Assembly: GCA_009602735.1 (NCBI GenBank)
Contig: WELA01003621.1
Coordinates: forward strand, 1 to 64,000
DNA length: 64,000 nucleotides
Direction of reading: 5' to 3'
From: Mesotaenium endlicherianum
Lineage: Eukaryota
The stretch's first letter is position 1, and every line of letters starts with the position of its first letter. A program made the translations under genes and the position numbers. Shown piece after piece: positions 48,424 to 59,088 of this stretch. The notes under the pieces are model-generated. The model saw nothing but the letters and a program-made list of their open reading frames with translations. It was not told where the DNA came from and ran no database searches.

Positions 48424-49461
48424 ATGGTTAAGATAGATAAAATAGTGCTGCCCGAGTTTCCGCTCCTCCTGGCGCCCATGGAAGATGTCAGCGATCCGCC
48501 GTTCAGGGTGGTGTGCAAAGACAATGGGGCCGACCTGATGTATACTGAATTCATCAGCAGTGAAGGGTTGATCCGTGATGCCATCAAGAGCCGGCAGAAG
48601 CTCGATATATTCGATTATGAGCGCCCCATCGGCATACAGATATTCGGCGGCGATGAAGAGAGCCTGGCACTGGCAGCCAAAATTGTGGATGTAACCAACC
48701 CCGATATACTGGATATCAATTTCGGCTGCCCGGTAAAAAAAGTGGCCGGTAAAGGCGCCGGCGCAGGTGTGCTGAAAGATATCGACCTCATGGTTCGCCT
48801 CACCGATGCAGTGGTGAAAGCTACCCGTTTGCCCGTTACTGTTAAAACCCGGTTGGGATGGGATGAAAACTCCAAAAACATCGAAGAGGTAGCCGAACGA
48901 TTGCAGGATGTGGGCATTAAAGCCCTCAGCATCCACGGCCGTACCCGTTCGCAGATGTATAAAGGCGAGGCCGACTGGACCCTGATCGCCAACGTAAAAA
49001 ACAATCCGCGTATCCATATGCCTATTTTCGGAAACGGAGATATCGACAGTCCGCAAAAAGCGCTGGAATATAAAAACCGTTACGGGGTAGATGGTATTAT
49101 GATCGGAAGGGCGGCGATCGGTTATCCCTGGATCTTCCGCGAGATCAAACACTATGTGAGAACAGGTGAGTTGATGGACCCGCCTACTGTAGATGAGCGA
49201 GTGGAAGTATGCCGCAAGCACCTGCGTAAATCGCTGGAGTGGAAAGGCCCCATCGTTGGTATTAACGAAATGCGCCGCCACTATGCGAATTATTTAAAAG
49301 GATTGCCCGGCATCAAAGAATACCGCAACCGGTTGGTAGTATTGAAAACAATGGAAGAAGTAGAAGCTGTATTAGATGAAGTGCAGGAAAACTATGCAGG
49401 ATATGTGATAGAACGCAACCCCATCGTGCTGGAGAATTATCACCAGCATTGTCCGCTTTGA
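48424..49461 (+). CDS. dusB: tRNA-dihydrouridine synthase B
   Basis: LAPMEDVSD, DINFGCP, VKTRLGW, IHGRT, GNGDI, IMIGRAAIGYPWIF; TAAATTTG -7 element at 48405. Confidence 0.94.
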   Translation: MVKIDKIVLPEFPLLLAPMEDVSDPPFRVVCKDNGADLMYTEFISSEGLIRDAIKSRQKLDIFDYERPIGIQIFGGDEESLALAAKIVDVTNPDILDINFGCPVKKVAGKGAGAGVLKDIDLMVRLTDAVVKATRLPVTVKTRLGWDENSKNIEEVAERLQDVGIKALSIHGRTRSQMYKGEADWTLIANVKNNPRIHMPIFGNGDIDSPQKALEYKNRYGVDGIMIGRAAIGYPWIFREIKHYVRTGELMDPPTVDERVEVCRKHLRKSLEWKGPIVGINEMRRHYANYLKGLPGIKEYRNRLVVLKTMEEVEAVLDEVQENYAGYVIERNPIVLENYHQHCPL

Positions 49462-49463
49462 TA

Positions 49464-50114
49464 TTATTGCAATACCGACAGCAGTTCTTTACCGAGTGGT
49501 GAAACTGTATTGGGGAAAAATGCCAACAATGTCCCGTTTTCATCTATTATGTATTTGCAGAAATTCCATACAGGCGCCTGGTTGCACCAGCCATTCCTGG
49601 TTGAATCAGATAACCAGTTGAACACCTCGTTTTGTTCACTGCCTTTTATCACCATACTTTTCTTCATCAGCGGAAAACTGACGCCATAGTTGATCTTACA
49701 GAATGCCGCAATGGCTGCATCGTCTTTCGTTTCCTGGTGTTTGAAATCATTGGCCGGAAAACCCAGCACCACCAGTTGTTCGCCATATTGCCTGTGCAGG
49801 TTTTCCAGCTCTTCGTACTGACCGGTATAGCCGCAATCGCTGGCTGTGTTCACCAGTAATACCTTTTTTCCTTTGAACGAATCGAATGTTATCAGGGACC
49901 CGTTATTCGCAACCATCTGCAGTGAATAAAATGAAACCGATGGTTGTACCCCTGCTCGGTTACGAAGTATCTGACCCTTGCCCATCAATTTGCCCCTTAG
50001 CATGATCAAAGGATAAAAGGTCTTCATAACAGACTGTCGCCAGCTCATGTCTTTTCTTTTGATCAGCAGCAATACCACAGCCAGTATGACCAGTATGATG
50101 ATCAGCTTTTTCAT
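49464..50114 (-). CDS. Glutathione peroxidase family protein
   Basis: VNTASDCGYT, LGFPANDF..QE, WNFCKY; N-terminal membrane anchor. Confidence 0.93.
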   Translation of the reverse strand: MKKLIIILVILAVVLLLIKRKDMSWRQSVMKTFYPLIMLRGKLMGKGQILRNRAGVQPSVSFYSLQMVANNGSLITFDSFKGKKVLLVNTASDCGYTGQYEELENLHRQYGEQLVVLGFPANDFKHQETKDDAAIAAFCKINYGVSFPLMKKSMVIKGSEQNEVFNWLSDSTRNGWCNQAPVWNFCKYIIDENGTLLAFFPNTVSPLGKELLSVLQ

Positions 50115-50118
50115 ACAA

Positions 50119-51501
50119 CTATCCCGTTATCCATTTAAACAATTTGAGCTTCCCCTTGAATGGAGGGTATTTAACGGCAGGGTCGAACCAGGTAGGTGTT
50201 TTCATTACAGCTTTGCGATGGCTGAATGTTTCAAACGAATATTTGCCGTGGTAAGCGCCTGTTCCGCTAAACCCTCTTCCGCCAAAAGGCAAATGGTGGT
50301 TGGTCAGGTGCCAGCTGGCATTGTTAATGCAAACACCGCCTGCAGGTATTTCCTGTACCCATTGCTTTTCTTTATCGGGATTGGAAGCGAAGATGTAGAA
50401 AGCCAGTGGGTTGGGATTTTTTTTGATGATGGCTTTGGCTTCTTCCATAGTATCGAAACCAATAACAGGCAATACCGGCCCGAATATTTCTTCCTGCATT
50501 ACAGGCGCATCCATTGCTACATGATCTAGTATAGTGGGTTCTATAAAAAGTGAAGTTTCATCCGTTCTTCCTCCATGCACAACCGTACCCTGTTTCAGAT
50601 ATGCAATAATTCGATGGAATTGTTTTTGATTGATGATCTTTCCATAATGATAACAGGTTTCCGGGCTTTCGGTAAAGAATCGCCCGATGGTTTGTTTCAT
50701 CGCTTCCAGTAATTGATCCTTCACTGCATGATGCACCAGCAGATAATCGGGCGCTACACACATCTGTCCTGCGTTGGAAAATTTGGTCATCACAATACGC
50801 TTCGCGGTAACAGCAATTTTGGCATCTGCTTCCACTACACAGGGACTTTTCCCCCCTAATTCCAGTGTCACCGGCACGAGTTGCGTAGCGGCCAGTTTAT
50901 ACAGGATGCGACCCACTGCAGTGCTTCCCGTATAAAAAATATGATCAAACCGGAATTCATTCATCATAACCGGAATAACTGTGGCACCATCACCTGTTGT
51001 ATACCCTATGTATTCCGGAGGAAATGTATGGGTGATGATCTCCTGCATCACTGCCGATGTGGCCGGCGCAAATTCACTGGGTTTCAACATCACACAATTA
51101 CCAGCTGCTATAGCTCCTATAAGGGGAGTAAATAAAAGTTGCAGGGGATAATTCCAGGGGCCTACGATCAACACCACACCCAACGGTTCATACACGAGCT
51201 GACTACTACTGGGAAAATTGAGCAGGTTAGTGCGTTTGGCCTCTGCTTGCATCCAGGATCGCAGGTGGTGGATGGCATTTTTCAATTCACTCAATACAAA
51301 ACCAATTTCAGTGATCCAGCATTCTTCCGGACTCTTCTTCAGATCGGTATACAAAGCCGCATATAGTTCCTGCTCCCTGTTTTCAATTGCTTTTTTTAAG
51401 GCTAACAATTGCCTGCGCCGGAAATCATAAGTCTTTGTAACACCGGTATCGAAATGCCGGCGCATCTGCTGTAGTATAGATAGCATATCATTGGATATCA
51501 T
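50119..51501 (-). CDS. Aldehyde dehydrogenase (ALDH3-like)
   Basis: PWNYP, KPSE, YTGSTAVG, LELGGKSP, NAGQMCVAPDY, EEIFGP. Confidence 0.95.
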   Translation of the reverse strand: MISNDMLSILQQMRRHFDTGVTKTYDFRRRQLLALKKAIENREQELYAALYTDLKKSPEECWITEIGFVLSELKNAIHHLRSWMQAEAKRTNLLNFPSSSQLVYEPLGVVLIVGPWNYPLQLLFTPLIGAIAAGNCVMLKPSEFAPATSAVMQEIITHTFPPEYIGYTTGDGATVIPVMMNEFRFDHIFYTGSTAVGRILYKLAATQLVPVTLELGGKSPCVVEADAKIAVTAKRIVMTKFSNAGQMCVAPDYLLVHHAVKDQLLEAMKQTIGRFFTESPETCYHYGKIINQKQFHRIIAYLKQGTVVHGGRTDETSLFIEPTILDHVAMDAPVMQEEIFGPVLPVIGFDTMEEAKAIIKKNPNPLAFYIFASNPDKEKQWVQEIPAGGVCINNASWHLTNHHLPFGGRGFSGTGAYHGKYSFETFSHRKAVMKTPTWFDPAVKYPPFKGKLKLFKWITG

Positions 51502-51614
51502 GCGGCCTGGCTGATTATACTACAAGGTAACATTTCTTTGACAGGCTTAAAAACTCCTCAAAACGTTTTTTCTATTATGAAATCCATTTATCTTAACACA
51601 TCCAATCAATCGCT

Positions 51615-52118
51615 ATGGAAGAAATAGAAGTACCCACTGAACACCTGCACGAAACCATACACGAAAAAGTAGGCGAAGCCGGCTGGTTCCGTTATGTAGC
51701 CATTTCAACCGCACTGATGGCCGTATTTGCAGCCTTTTCCAGTCTCATGGCCGGGCATCATTCCAATGAAGCCCTGATCGACCAGATCAAAGCATCCGAT
51801 CAATGGTCTTATTTCCAGGCCAAGGGCATCAAAGGAGAGATTAAAAAACTACAGGCCAATAACGGAATGGCGGATGCATCTGCCGTCAGTAAATATGCAC
51901 AGGAACAGGAAGAGATCAAAAAAAGTGCAGAAGAAGCGGAACACAGTTCTGTTAATCACCTCGAAAAACATGTTATGCTTGCCCGTTCGGTTACTTTATT
52001 TCAGATCGCCATTGCCATATCGGCCATTGCCATTTTGATGAAAAGAAAATCGCTCTGGCTATCCAGTCTCGTCATAAGCCTGGTTGGACTGGTATTTTTT
52101 ATCATGGGGCTCCTTTAA
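51615..52118 (+). CDS. DUF4337 family membrane protein
   Basis: VAISTALMAVFAA, ASDQWSYFQAKGIK, LFQIAIAISAIA. Confidence 0.85.
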   Translation: MEEIEVPTEHLHETIHEKVGEAGWFRYVAISTALMAVFAAFSSLMAGHHSNEALIDQIKASDQWSYFQAKGIKGEIKKLQANNGMADASAVSKYAQEQEEIKKSAEEAEHSSVNHLEKHVMLARSVTLFQIAIAISAIAILMKRKSLWLSSLVISLVGLVFFIMGLL

Positions 52119-52663
52119 TTTTTGATCACCCTTCCTTTCAATTTGTGCCGCCTGGGATGCGCTAACATGCTGCGTTTCTTGAAATCGTCGCTGATCACGC
52201 TGATGTTACCATCTACTTCCAGCATCGCGAGGTCTACATGTGCAATATCCTTGGCTCCATGTTCTCTTACAGCAGCTTCCAGTTCTGCCATAGTAATTTC
52301 TGCTTTTTTGCAATTTTCTTCATTGACATCTCCTTTATAGATCAACGGCATCGCTTCACCCTGTAACAGGCTGCTGAGTTTCTTGCTTTTATACAGGATC
52401 CGCTTCAGGGTATAATTCACTGCAAACAAAGAACCCGCGGCTACCAATCCCCCGTCGAGTGAAGTATCCGGCCCAACCATAGCATTTTGCACCGCGTTGC
52501 TGATGAGCAATATGAACACCAGGTCGATCACCGACAACTGGGCCAGTTCTTTTTTCCCGAATATCCTTATGGCGATAATCATGAATATATATACCGCTAT
52601 TGCCCTTACCACTACTTCCAGGTAAGCGTTGTGCAGAAAGGACAGATCGATCTGTAGTATCAT
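52115..52663 (-). CDS. DUF421 / YetF family membrane protein
   Basis: RIFGKKELAQLS..DLV.ILLISNAVQNAM, LEVDGNISVI; start taken at ATG 52663. Confidence 0.9.
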   Translation of the reverse strand: MILQIDLSFLHNAYLEVVVRAIAVYIFMIIAIRIFGKKELAQLSVIDLVFILLISNAVQNAMVGPDTSLDGGLVAAGSLFAVNYTLKRILYKSKKLSSLLQGEAMPLIYKGDVNEENCKKAEITMAELEAAVREHGAKDIAHVDLAMLEVDGNISVISDDFKKRSMLAHPRRHKLKGRVIKN

Positions 52664-52705
52664 ACGATAAAAGATATGGGCACAAATTAAGAAAGCTGCG
52701 GCAAA

Positions 52706-52745
52706 ATAACCCAAACATAACCTGCAGCTAACAATGAAATCACAA
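52706..52745 (+). promoter_or_regulatory. 11-bp-period direct repeats (OmpR/PhoB-type box candidate)
   Basis: TAAC at 52707, 52718 and 52729 and TCAC at 52740, upstream of the GT2 ATG at 52783. Confidence 0.55.
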
Positions 52746-52782
52746 TCAATGTGAAATTTTATATCCTTCCCAAATTTTAACT

Positions 52783-53553
52783 ATGAAACAGCCTGCACTT
52801 CCTAAAGTATCGGTACTGATCCCCGCCTATAATGAGGAAAAATACATTTGTTATGTACTCGCCGCATTGCTGAAGCAGGACTATCCCAATATAGAGATCA
52901 TTGTTGCCAATAATGCGTCTACCGATCGTACGGCGGTAATGGTAGAAACATTCATCGCAACACACGCCGGTTCGCCCGTATCTATCCAGCTCGTACACGA
53001 GATGAAGCAGGGCACTAATCATGCGCGTGAATGCGCACGCCTGCATGCCACCGGTTCCATCATTGCTCAAATAGATGCCGATTGCGTTCCGGGTCCCAAC
53101 TGGATCAGCAAAGGACTGCGTTACCTGATCAGGAGCAAGCGGGTAGCCGTTACCGGTCCGTATGATTATTTCGATGGTAATTTCTTCATGCGTTATGCCA
53201 CCATCATCACGCAGTGCCTTACCTATCCCATGACCAATGAAGTGGTACAGGTAGCGCAGCGGGGCGCCATATTGATTGGCGGCAATGCTTTCATCAGGGC
53301 CAGTGCGTTGAGAATGGCCGGTGGTTACAATACCGAACTTACTTTTTATGGAGATGATGTAGACCTGGGTGCACGTCTCAGCCGACTGGGTCATGTAATG
53401 TATGCACCCCAACTCATGATGCGCACTTCTTCACGCCGGTACCATGCGCTGGGTTTCTGGCAGGTGAATAAAAAATACCAGGATTGTTTCTGGAAACTGG
53501 TATTCAGGCAAAATCACCTGAATGAGACGGTGGAAATAAACCACCCCAGGTAG
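52783..53553 (+). CDS. Glycosyltransferase family 2
   Basis: VSVLIPAYNEE, NNASTD, IDAD, GGN, YGDDVDL, TSSRR. Confidence 0.92.
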   Translation: MKQPALPKVSVLIPAYNEEKYICYVLAALLKQDYPNIEIIVANNASTDRTAVMVETFIATHAGSPVSIQLVHEMKQGTNHARECARLHATGSIIAQIDADCVPGPNWISKGLRYLIRSKRVAVTGPYDYFDGNFFMRYATIITQCLTYPMTNEVVQVAQRGAILIGGNAFIRASALRMAGGYNTELTFYGDDVDLGARLSRLGHVMYAPQLMMRTSSRRYHALGFWQVNKKYQDCFWKLVFRQNHLNETVEINHPR

Positions 53554-53731
53554 GTACTTTTTAAACTTTTATCCGTTTTCCCCCTCCAACCAGCGTTCTT
53601 ATGAAGCAACGCTTGGTCTGTGATTTGTGTCATCTCTGAAAAGCGCAGAGCCAAATCACTTTAATTTACGTATTTTTACAATATATTATATTTGGGAACT
53701 GCCTGCCCGTTTATTTTAAAATCAATATCTG

Positions 53732-54187
53732 ATGAGAAGAACACTGTTTCGGTTTGGATTACTATTCCCTGTTTTCTATTCGCTCGGCTGTAGTACAAGC
53801 AGACCTACTGCACACATCATCGTGAATAATGAGAACGCTTACCAGCAGCCGGTCTACCTGACCGTGCAGATGTCTGGCAAAGCAGAACATTCAAAAGAGG
53901 TCCTGGCCAACGCTACCGTTCAGCCCGGACTGCAATTCATTCCGGGAAAAAAGTACAAAAAAGGCACTTACGAGCTGAATATCGATGCGCACGATGGTAC
54001 ATTGAATGTCAAGCATCCCCTTACCCTGGATACGGACCGTTGGATTATCATCAACTACTTGCTGAGCGACTCTTCCAGTATCGTAAAAACTTATGGATAC
54101 CTGGATACCACCAGCTTTAAAAAGGTGAAGGGCCATTACGTTAACCTGGATGTTTATATTGATAACAGAAGACCTCCGAACCTGTAA
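53732..54187 (+). CDS. Hypothetical lipoprotein
   Basis: Lipobox SLGC after a short signal; beta-rich mature part. Confidence 0.7.
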   Translation: MRRTLFRFGLLFPVFYSLGCSTSRPTAHIIVNNENAYQQPVYLTVQMSGKAEHSKEVLANATVQPGLQFIPGKKYKKGTYELNIDAHDGTLNVKHPLTLDTDRWIIINYLLSDSSSIVKTYGYLDTTSFKKVKGHYVNLDVYIDNRRPPNL

Positions 54188-54190
54188 AAA

Positions 54191-55489
54191 TTATCGCTGC
54201 AACAACCATTCTTTCAGTCCGCTGAAGGAAGGTTCCATTACAATACGCTGTTTTTTCCGGCTGAACAAATATTGCGCTTCCGGGGGAACCGTTACCTCTT
54301 TACCGGTAGCTGCCGACACGGTTTCGGGAAACTTCACCGGATGGGCTGTTTCCAGTATGATTCCTTTCATTCCCGGGTGTGTATACAGGTAATCTGCCAG
54401 TGCATGATAAGCAACCGCACCATGCGGGTCCAATACATAGTGATAGCGATTGAACACCCCAGTGATCGTTTGTTCTGTGACTGCATCGCTGACCGTATAA
54501 CCCGAGAGATGCTTACTAATATCCGTATGATCGTTGTGAAACAATTCCATCACCCTGATGAAATTACTCGGACTGCCCACATCCATCGCATTGGAAACAG
54601 TAGCCACTGCTTTTTTAGGTTGATACGAACCTGTGCGCAGGTACTCGGGCACGGCATCGTTTACATTGCAGGCCGCAATAAAATGCTTAACCGGTAATCC
54701 GCTTGCCTGTGCCAGCAATCCCGCGCAGATGTTACCGAAATTTCCGCTGGGTACCGCAACAACCGGCAGCTCCTGTTGGTGGGGCCATTGTTGATATGCG
54801 AAGAAATAATACAATTGTTGAGGTAACCACCTGGCTACATTAATAGAGTTCGCGGAAGTGAGCGAATAATGGGCGTTCAGATCGGCATCCATGAATGCAT
54901 CTTTCACCATCGCCTGGCAATCGTCGAAACTACCTTTCACTTCCAATGCGGTAATGTTCTGTCCGCAGGTAGTTAGTTGCAATTCCTGCACAGGACTCAC
55001 TTTTCCCGAAGGATACAAAATAATCACTTCCACGCCTTCCACACCAAGAAAGCCATTGGCTACGGCACCGCCTGTATCGCCTGAAGTGGCTACCAGTACG
55101 GTTACTTTTTTATCCTGTCCGCGTGAAAAATAGCCCAGGCACCTGCTCATAAACCTGGCGCCTACATCTTTGAACGCCATGGTAGGCCCGTGAAACAACT
55201 CCAGTGAAGAAATATTTTCTGTGATGGGCACCAATGGAAAAGGAAAATCAATGGTCTCTGATACGATCTGGTACAATACTTTTTCCGGTATGGCTGTTCC
55301 AACATAAGGAAGCATGATACGGAAAGCCAGTTCTTCTTTTGAAAAATTGGTGATATTGTTGATGATCTCTTTCTCAACTGTTGGTATCCTGCGTGGAAAG
55401 TACAAACCTTTATCCGGCGCTTGTCCACGTACGGCAGCCTCTTTGAAATCTACATCCGGCGCTGTTTTATTTAAACTGAAATATTGCAT
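54191..55489 (-). CDS. thrC: Threonine synthase
   Basis: LELFHGPTMAFKDVGARF, ATSGDTG, SANSINVAR, VPSGNFGN, TAHPVKF. Confidence 0.96.
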   Translation of the reverse strand: MQYFSLNKTAPDVDFKEAAVRGQAPDKGLYFPRRIPTVEKEIINNITNFSKEELAFRIMLPYVGTAIPEKVLYQIVSETIDFPFPLVPITENISSLELFHGPTMAFKDVGARFMSRCLGYFSRGQDKKVTVLVATSGDTGGAVANGFLGVEGVEVIILYPSGKVSPVQELQLTTCGQNITALEVKGSFDDCQAMVKDAFMDADLNAHYSLTSANSINVARWLPQQLYYFFAYQQWPHQQELPVVAVPSGNFGNICAGLLAQASGLPVKHFIAACNVNDAVPEYLRTGSYQPKKAVATVSNAMDVGSPSNFIRVMELFHNDHTDISKHLSGYTVSDAVTEQTITGVFNRYHYVLDPHGAVAYHALADYLYTHPGMKGIILETAHPVKFPETVSAATGKEVTVPPEAQYLFSRKKQRIVMEPSFSGLKEWLLQR

Positions 55490-55494
55490 GATGA

Positions 55495-56442
55495 TTAACT
55501 GGTAAATTTTACGCCTTCGTTATTGATGGTGGTTACATAAGTGTGATGATCGAGTCCCAACCGTTGATAGGTCTGTTGCATCTGTTGCTCTACCGTGCGG
55601 GCGGTGGTTTCATCTTTACTGAGCATGAAAATAGAAGGACCGGATCCTGATATACCTCCTCCCAATGCGCCGGCTTCTTTGCTTTCCTGCTTGATGGTAT
55701 CGAAACCGGGTATCAGTATGCTGCGTACCGGTTCTATCAACACATCTTCCAGCGAACGGCCAATCAGGTCATAATCGCTTTTCAGTAAGCCCGCTACCAG
55801 TCCTGCGATATTGCCCCATTGCCGGATGGCATCTTTCAATTGCACTTGCTGTTTCAGAATGCCCCTGGCATCGGCCGTGCGCACTTCTATCTGCGGGTGC
55901 ACAATGGTTACATACAAGGGCGGCGCCTGAAGCGGTACAATATCAAGCGGATGAATAGAGCGGATCAATGTTACGCCACCGTAAATACACGGCGCAATAT
56001 TATCGGCGTGTTTTACACCCGATGCCACTTTTTCTCCGTTCATTGCAAAACGAACAAGATCCTGTTTGGAAAACCGGTCATTCAGTAAACGGTTGGCCGC
56101 TACTACCGCACCCGCGGCGCTGGCGGCACTGGAACCAACGCCACTGCCCGGTTTGATCTGTTTGCATATACCCAATTCAAAACCCAGCGGTTCCTTTATT
56201 TCTTCCAGCATGGCCAGCAATGCTGCACCTGCTACATTTTTTTCCGGGTCAGTAGGTAAACAATAATCGTCCTTATTAATGATGGTGATTCCCGGACGAT
56301 CACTGAACCGAATATCCATCACATCATAAGGTTCATGCACAGCAAAGCCCAGTACATCGAAACCGCAGACCATATTGGCAACTGTAGCCGGTGCGTGAAT
56401 TGTTATGTGTTGATCATTCATGGTTATAGGTTTAGCATTCAT
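55495..56442 (-). CDS. thrB: Homoserine kinase
   Basis: PATVANMVCGFDVLG, GSGVGSSAAS, HADN, GISGSGPS; true start may be ATG 56421. Confidence 0.95.
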   Translation of the reverse strand: MNAKPITMNDQHITIHAPATVANMVCGFDVLGFAVHEPYDVMDIRFSDRPGITIINKDDYCLPTDPEKNVAGAALLAMLEEIKEPLGFELGICKQIKPGSGVGSSAASAAGAVVAANRLLNDRFSKQDLVRFAMNGEKVASGVKHADNIAPCIYGGVTLIRSIHPLDIVPLQAPPLYVTIVHPQIEVRTADARGILKQQVQLKDAIRQWGNIAGLVAGLLKSDYDLIGRSLEDVLIEPVRSILIPGFDTIKQESKEAGALGGGISGSGPSIFMLSKDETTARTVEQQMQQTYQRLGLDHHTYVTTINNEGVKFTS

Positions 56443-58886
56443 GCTTTGGCAACACGGATGATGTCTGCAAATACACCGGATGCGGTTACCTCTGCTCCGG
56501 CGCCGGCGCCTTTGATCACCAGCGGCTGCTCGGGATACCTTTCTGTATAGAACAACACCAGGTTGTCTTTTCCATAGAGATGATAAAAATCAGAATCAGC
56601 AGGTATGTGCTGCAAGCCTACCGACGCCTTGCCATCCTGGTAACTGGCCACAAACTTGAGTTTGCATTTTTTGGCAGCTGCTTCATCATACAAAGCTTTA
56701 AAATGCTTTTCCTGTTTCTCCATTTCTGCATAGAAATCTTCTACGGTGCCATCAAAACAAGATACGGGCAGGAAACCATTGTTGGTAATGTCTTCCATCT
56801 CTATCACCTGTCCCGATTCCCTTGCCAGGATCATGATCTTGCGCATTACATCGGTTCCACCCAGGTCGAGTCTCGGATCGGGCTCTGTATATCCTTCGTC
56901 CTGCGCCTGTCTTACTACTTGTGCAAATGGTTTCTTGCCATCGTAATGATTGAAAACAAAATTCAGTGTGCCCGACAATACCGCCTGAATCCTGTTTACC
57001 TGGTCGCCACTGCGCAAAAGATCGTTCAGGGTGCCAATTACCGGCAAACCGGCGCCTACATTGGTTTCAAAAAAGAAAGCCACATTGTATTCCCTGGCCA
57101 GTGATTTCAATTGCTGGTAAGAACTGTATGCAGAAGAACAGGCGATCTTATTACAAGCCACCACTGAAATACTTTTTTCCAGCAATGATCCGTATACACC
57201 AGCCACTTCTGCATTGGCGGTTACATCTACAAACACACTGTTGCGCAGGTTTTTGGCCTTGATACGTGTTACCAGGTCGTGTATATTACCAGGTGTAGCG
57301 TCTTGCAGCAGTGCTTTCCAATTCTCCAGGTCGATTCCGTCTTCGTTCAGTAAAACGCGTTTGCTGTTAGCCAATCCCACTACCCTTATTTGCAAGCGCA
57401 AGTGTTGTTGCAGGTAACTCATTTGTTTTTTCAACTGATCCAGCAATTTGCTCCCTACATTCCCCGCTCCTGCAATGAAAAGGTTCAGTTGTTTATAGGT
57501 AGTTTCAAAAAACTCCTCGTGCAGGATGTTGATGGCTTTTTTAACATCCGAAGCCGCTATCACTGCCGAAATATTTTTTTCCGATGAGCCTTGTGCAATG
57601 GCGCGCACGTTGATACCATTCCTGCCCAACGCACCAAACATTTTTCCGCTCACACCAGGGTGACTCTTCATCTTCTCTCCCACCAATGCCAGTATGGCTA
57701 ATCCCGATTCCACTTTTACCGGATCTACTTTCCCAGTTTTGATCTCAAAATCAAATGCCAGGTCAATCACTTGTTTGGCGCGGGTAGCATCTGCATCATT
57801 GATGCCTACGCAGATGGAATGCTCTGAAGAACTTTGGGTAATCAATATCACATTCACACGTTCGTTCGCCAGGGCTTCAAATAATCGTTTTGAAAATCCG
57901 GGGATACCTACCATTCCACCGCCTTCCAGGCTCAACAGGCTGATGTTGTTGATGCTGGAGATACCCCTGATGAAACTTCCACCGTTAACGGCAGTGGCGT
58001 TTTCAATCAATGTACCATAAGCGTCGGGCTCGAATGTGTTCTTTACAAATACAGGTATATTGGCCAACATCACCGGTTGAATGGTTGGCGGATAGATGAT
58101 CTTGGCGCCAAAATGCGATAACTCCATCGCTTCCTGGTAAGAGATATGCTGGATGGGTTTTGCATTCTGTACCAGCCGCGGATCGGCAGTCATCATACCA
58201 CTTACATCGGTCCATATTTCCAATACAGAGGCATTTAAAGCCGCTGCAAAAATGGAAGCAGTGTAATCGGAACCGCCCCTGCCCAGGGTAGTGGTTTGCT
58301 GCGCTTCATCCGCCGCAATAAAACCAGGCGCTATATAAAGTTGGTATTGATGCTCTTCGAAATAGCATTTCATTTTACTATTCGTAGCTACAAAATCAAC
58401 CGCCGCATTTCCAAAATGGGAATTGGTGGTGATGAGTTGCCTCGAATCTACCCACTGGTAATGGGCATTCAGCGATTGCAGTTTGGCTGCAATGGTAAGC
58501 GAGGATAACAATTCACCATAAGCAACAATCCTGTCTTTGGTGCGAGGTGATAATTCGCGCAATAAAAAAACCCCATCGCACACACTCTCCAGGTCGTTGA
58601 AATGTTGTTTGATGAGGCTCAGCGTAGCGCTTTGTTGCTGGATGGGCAATAGCGATCGCACTGCATCCAGATGTTTTTGCTCCAGCTCTTTCAGGAGGGC
58701 TTTATATGCCTCATCGCCTTTTGATGAGAGATCACCTGCTTTTAATAAAGCATCGGTAACACCACCCATGGCCGATACCACCAGTATAACGGGTTCTTTT
58801 TTTGCTTCTTGCTGAACTATATCAATGACTTTGTTCATGTTGACCGCACTGGCCACCGAACTTCCGCCAAATTTTAAAACCTTCAT
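56439..58886 (-). CDS. thrA: Bifunctional aspartokinase / homoserine dehydrogenase
   Basis: KFGGSS, TTLGRGGSDYTA, WTDVSG, ACT domains, GAGNVG, ETNVGAGLP, GAGAGAEVTA. Confidence 0.97.
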   Translation of the reverse strand: MKVLKFGGSSVASAVNMNKVIDIVQQEAKKEPVILVVSAMGGVTDALLKAGDLSSKGDEAYKALLKELEQKHLDAVRSLLPIQQQSATLSLIKQHFNDLESVCDGVFLLRELSPRTKDRIVAYGELLSSLTIAAKLQSLNAHYQWVDSRQLITTNSHFGNAAVDFVATNSKMKCYFEEHQYQLYIAPGFIAADEAQQTTTLGRGGSDYTASIFAAALNASVLEIWTDVSGMMTADPRLVQNAKPIQHISYQEAMELSHFGAKIIYPPTIQPVMLANIPVFVKNTFEPDAYGTLIENATAVNGGSFIRGISSINNISLLSLEGGGMVGIPGFSKRLFEALANERVNVILITQSSSEHSICVGINDADATRAKQVIDLAFDFEIKTGKVDPVKVESGLAILALVGEKMKSHPGVSGKMFGALGRNGINVRAIAQGSSEKNISAVIAASDVKKAINILHEEFFETTYKQLNLFIAGAGNVGSKLLDQLKKQMSYLQQHLRLQIRVVGLANSKRVLLNEDGIDLENWKALLQDATPGNIHDLVTRIKAKNLRNSVFVDVTANAEVAGVYGSLLEKSISVVACNKIACSSAYSSYQQLKSLAREYNVAFFFETNVGAGLPVIGTLNDLLRSGDQVNRIQAVLSGTLNFVFNHYDGKKPFAQVVRQAQDEGYTEPDPRLDLGGTDVMRKIMILARESGQVIEMEDITNNGFLPVSCFDGTVEDFYAEMEKQEKHFKALYDEAAAKKCKLKFVASYQDGKASVGLQHIPADSDFYHLYGKDNLVLFYTERYPEQPLVIKGAGAGAEVTASGVFADIIRVAKA

Positions 58887-58998
58887 GTTGTTTGTGTAAT
58901 ATCCCTGTTGGGATGGATTTGAAAATGGAATACGATGCTTCTGTTTTACAGATACAGCTTTTTAACGGCCCGCAGGTAATATGGAAATGTACAACCCT

Positions 58999-59088
58999 TT
59001 ACAGGGTCGTAATAATAGTAATGATAGCAGTCCCAAACAGGAGCCCTGTTTGTGCGGAGAGATGAATATTTGACTGCTTCAGCTTCAT
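58999..59088 (-). CDS. Thr/Ile-rich leader peptide of the thr operon (attenuator-type)
   Basis: MKLKQSNIHLSAQTGLLFGTAIITIITTL*; 8 of the last 10 sense codons are Thr or Ile; overlaps two hairpins; 112 bp upstream of thrA. Confidence 0.8.
   Translation of the reverse strand: MKLKQSNIHLSAQTGLLFGTAIITIITTL

Noticed and set aside
48382..49281. 299-aa antisense ORF
   Set aside because: Shadow of dusB
53586..53620. Imperfect hairpin after the GT2 gene as ncRNA/riboswitch
   Set aside because: Weak stem with no recognisable conserved motif; at most a terminator-like element
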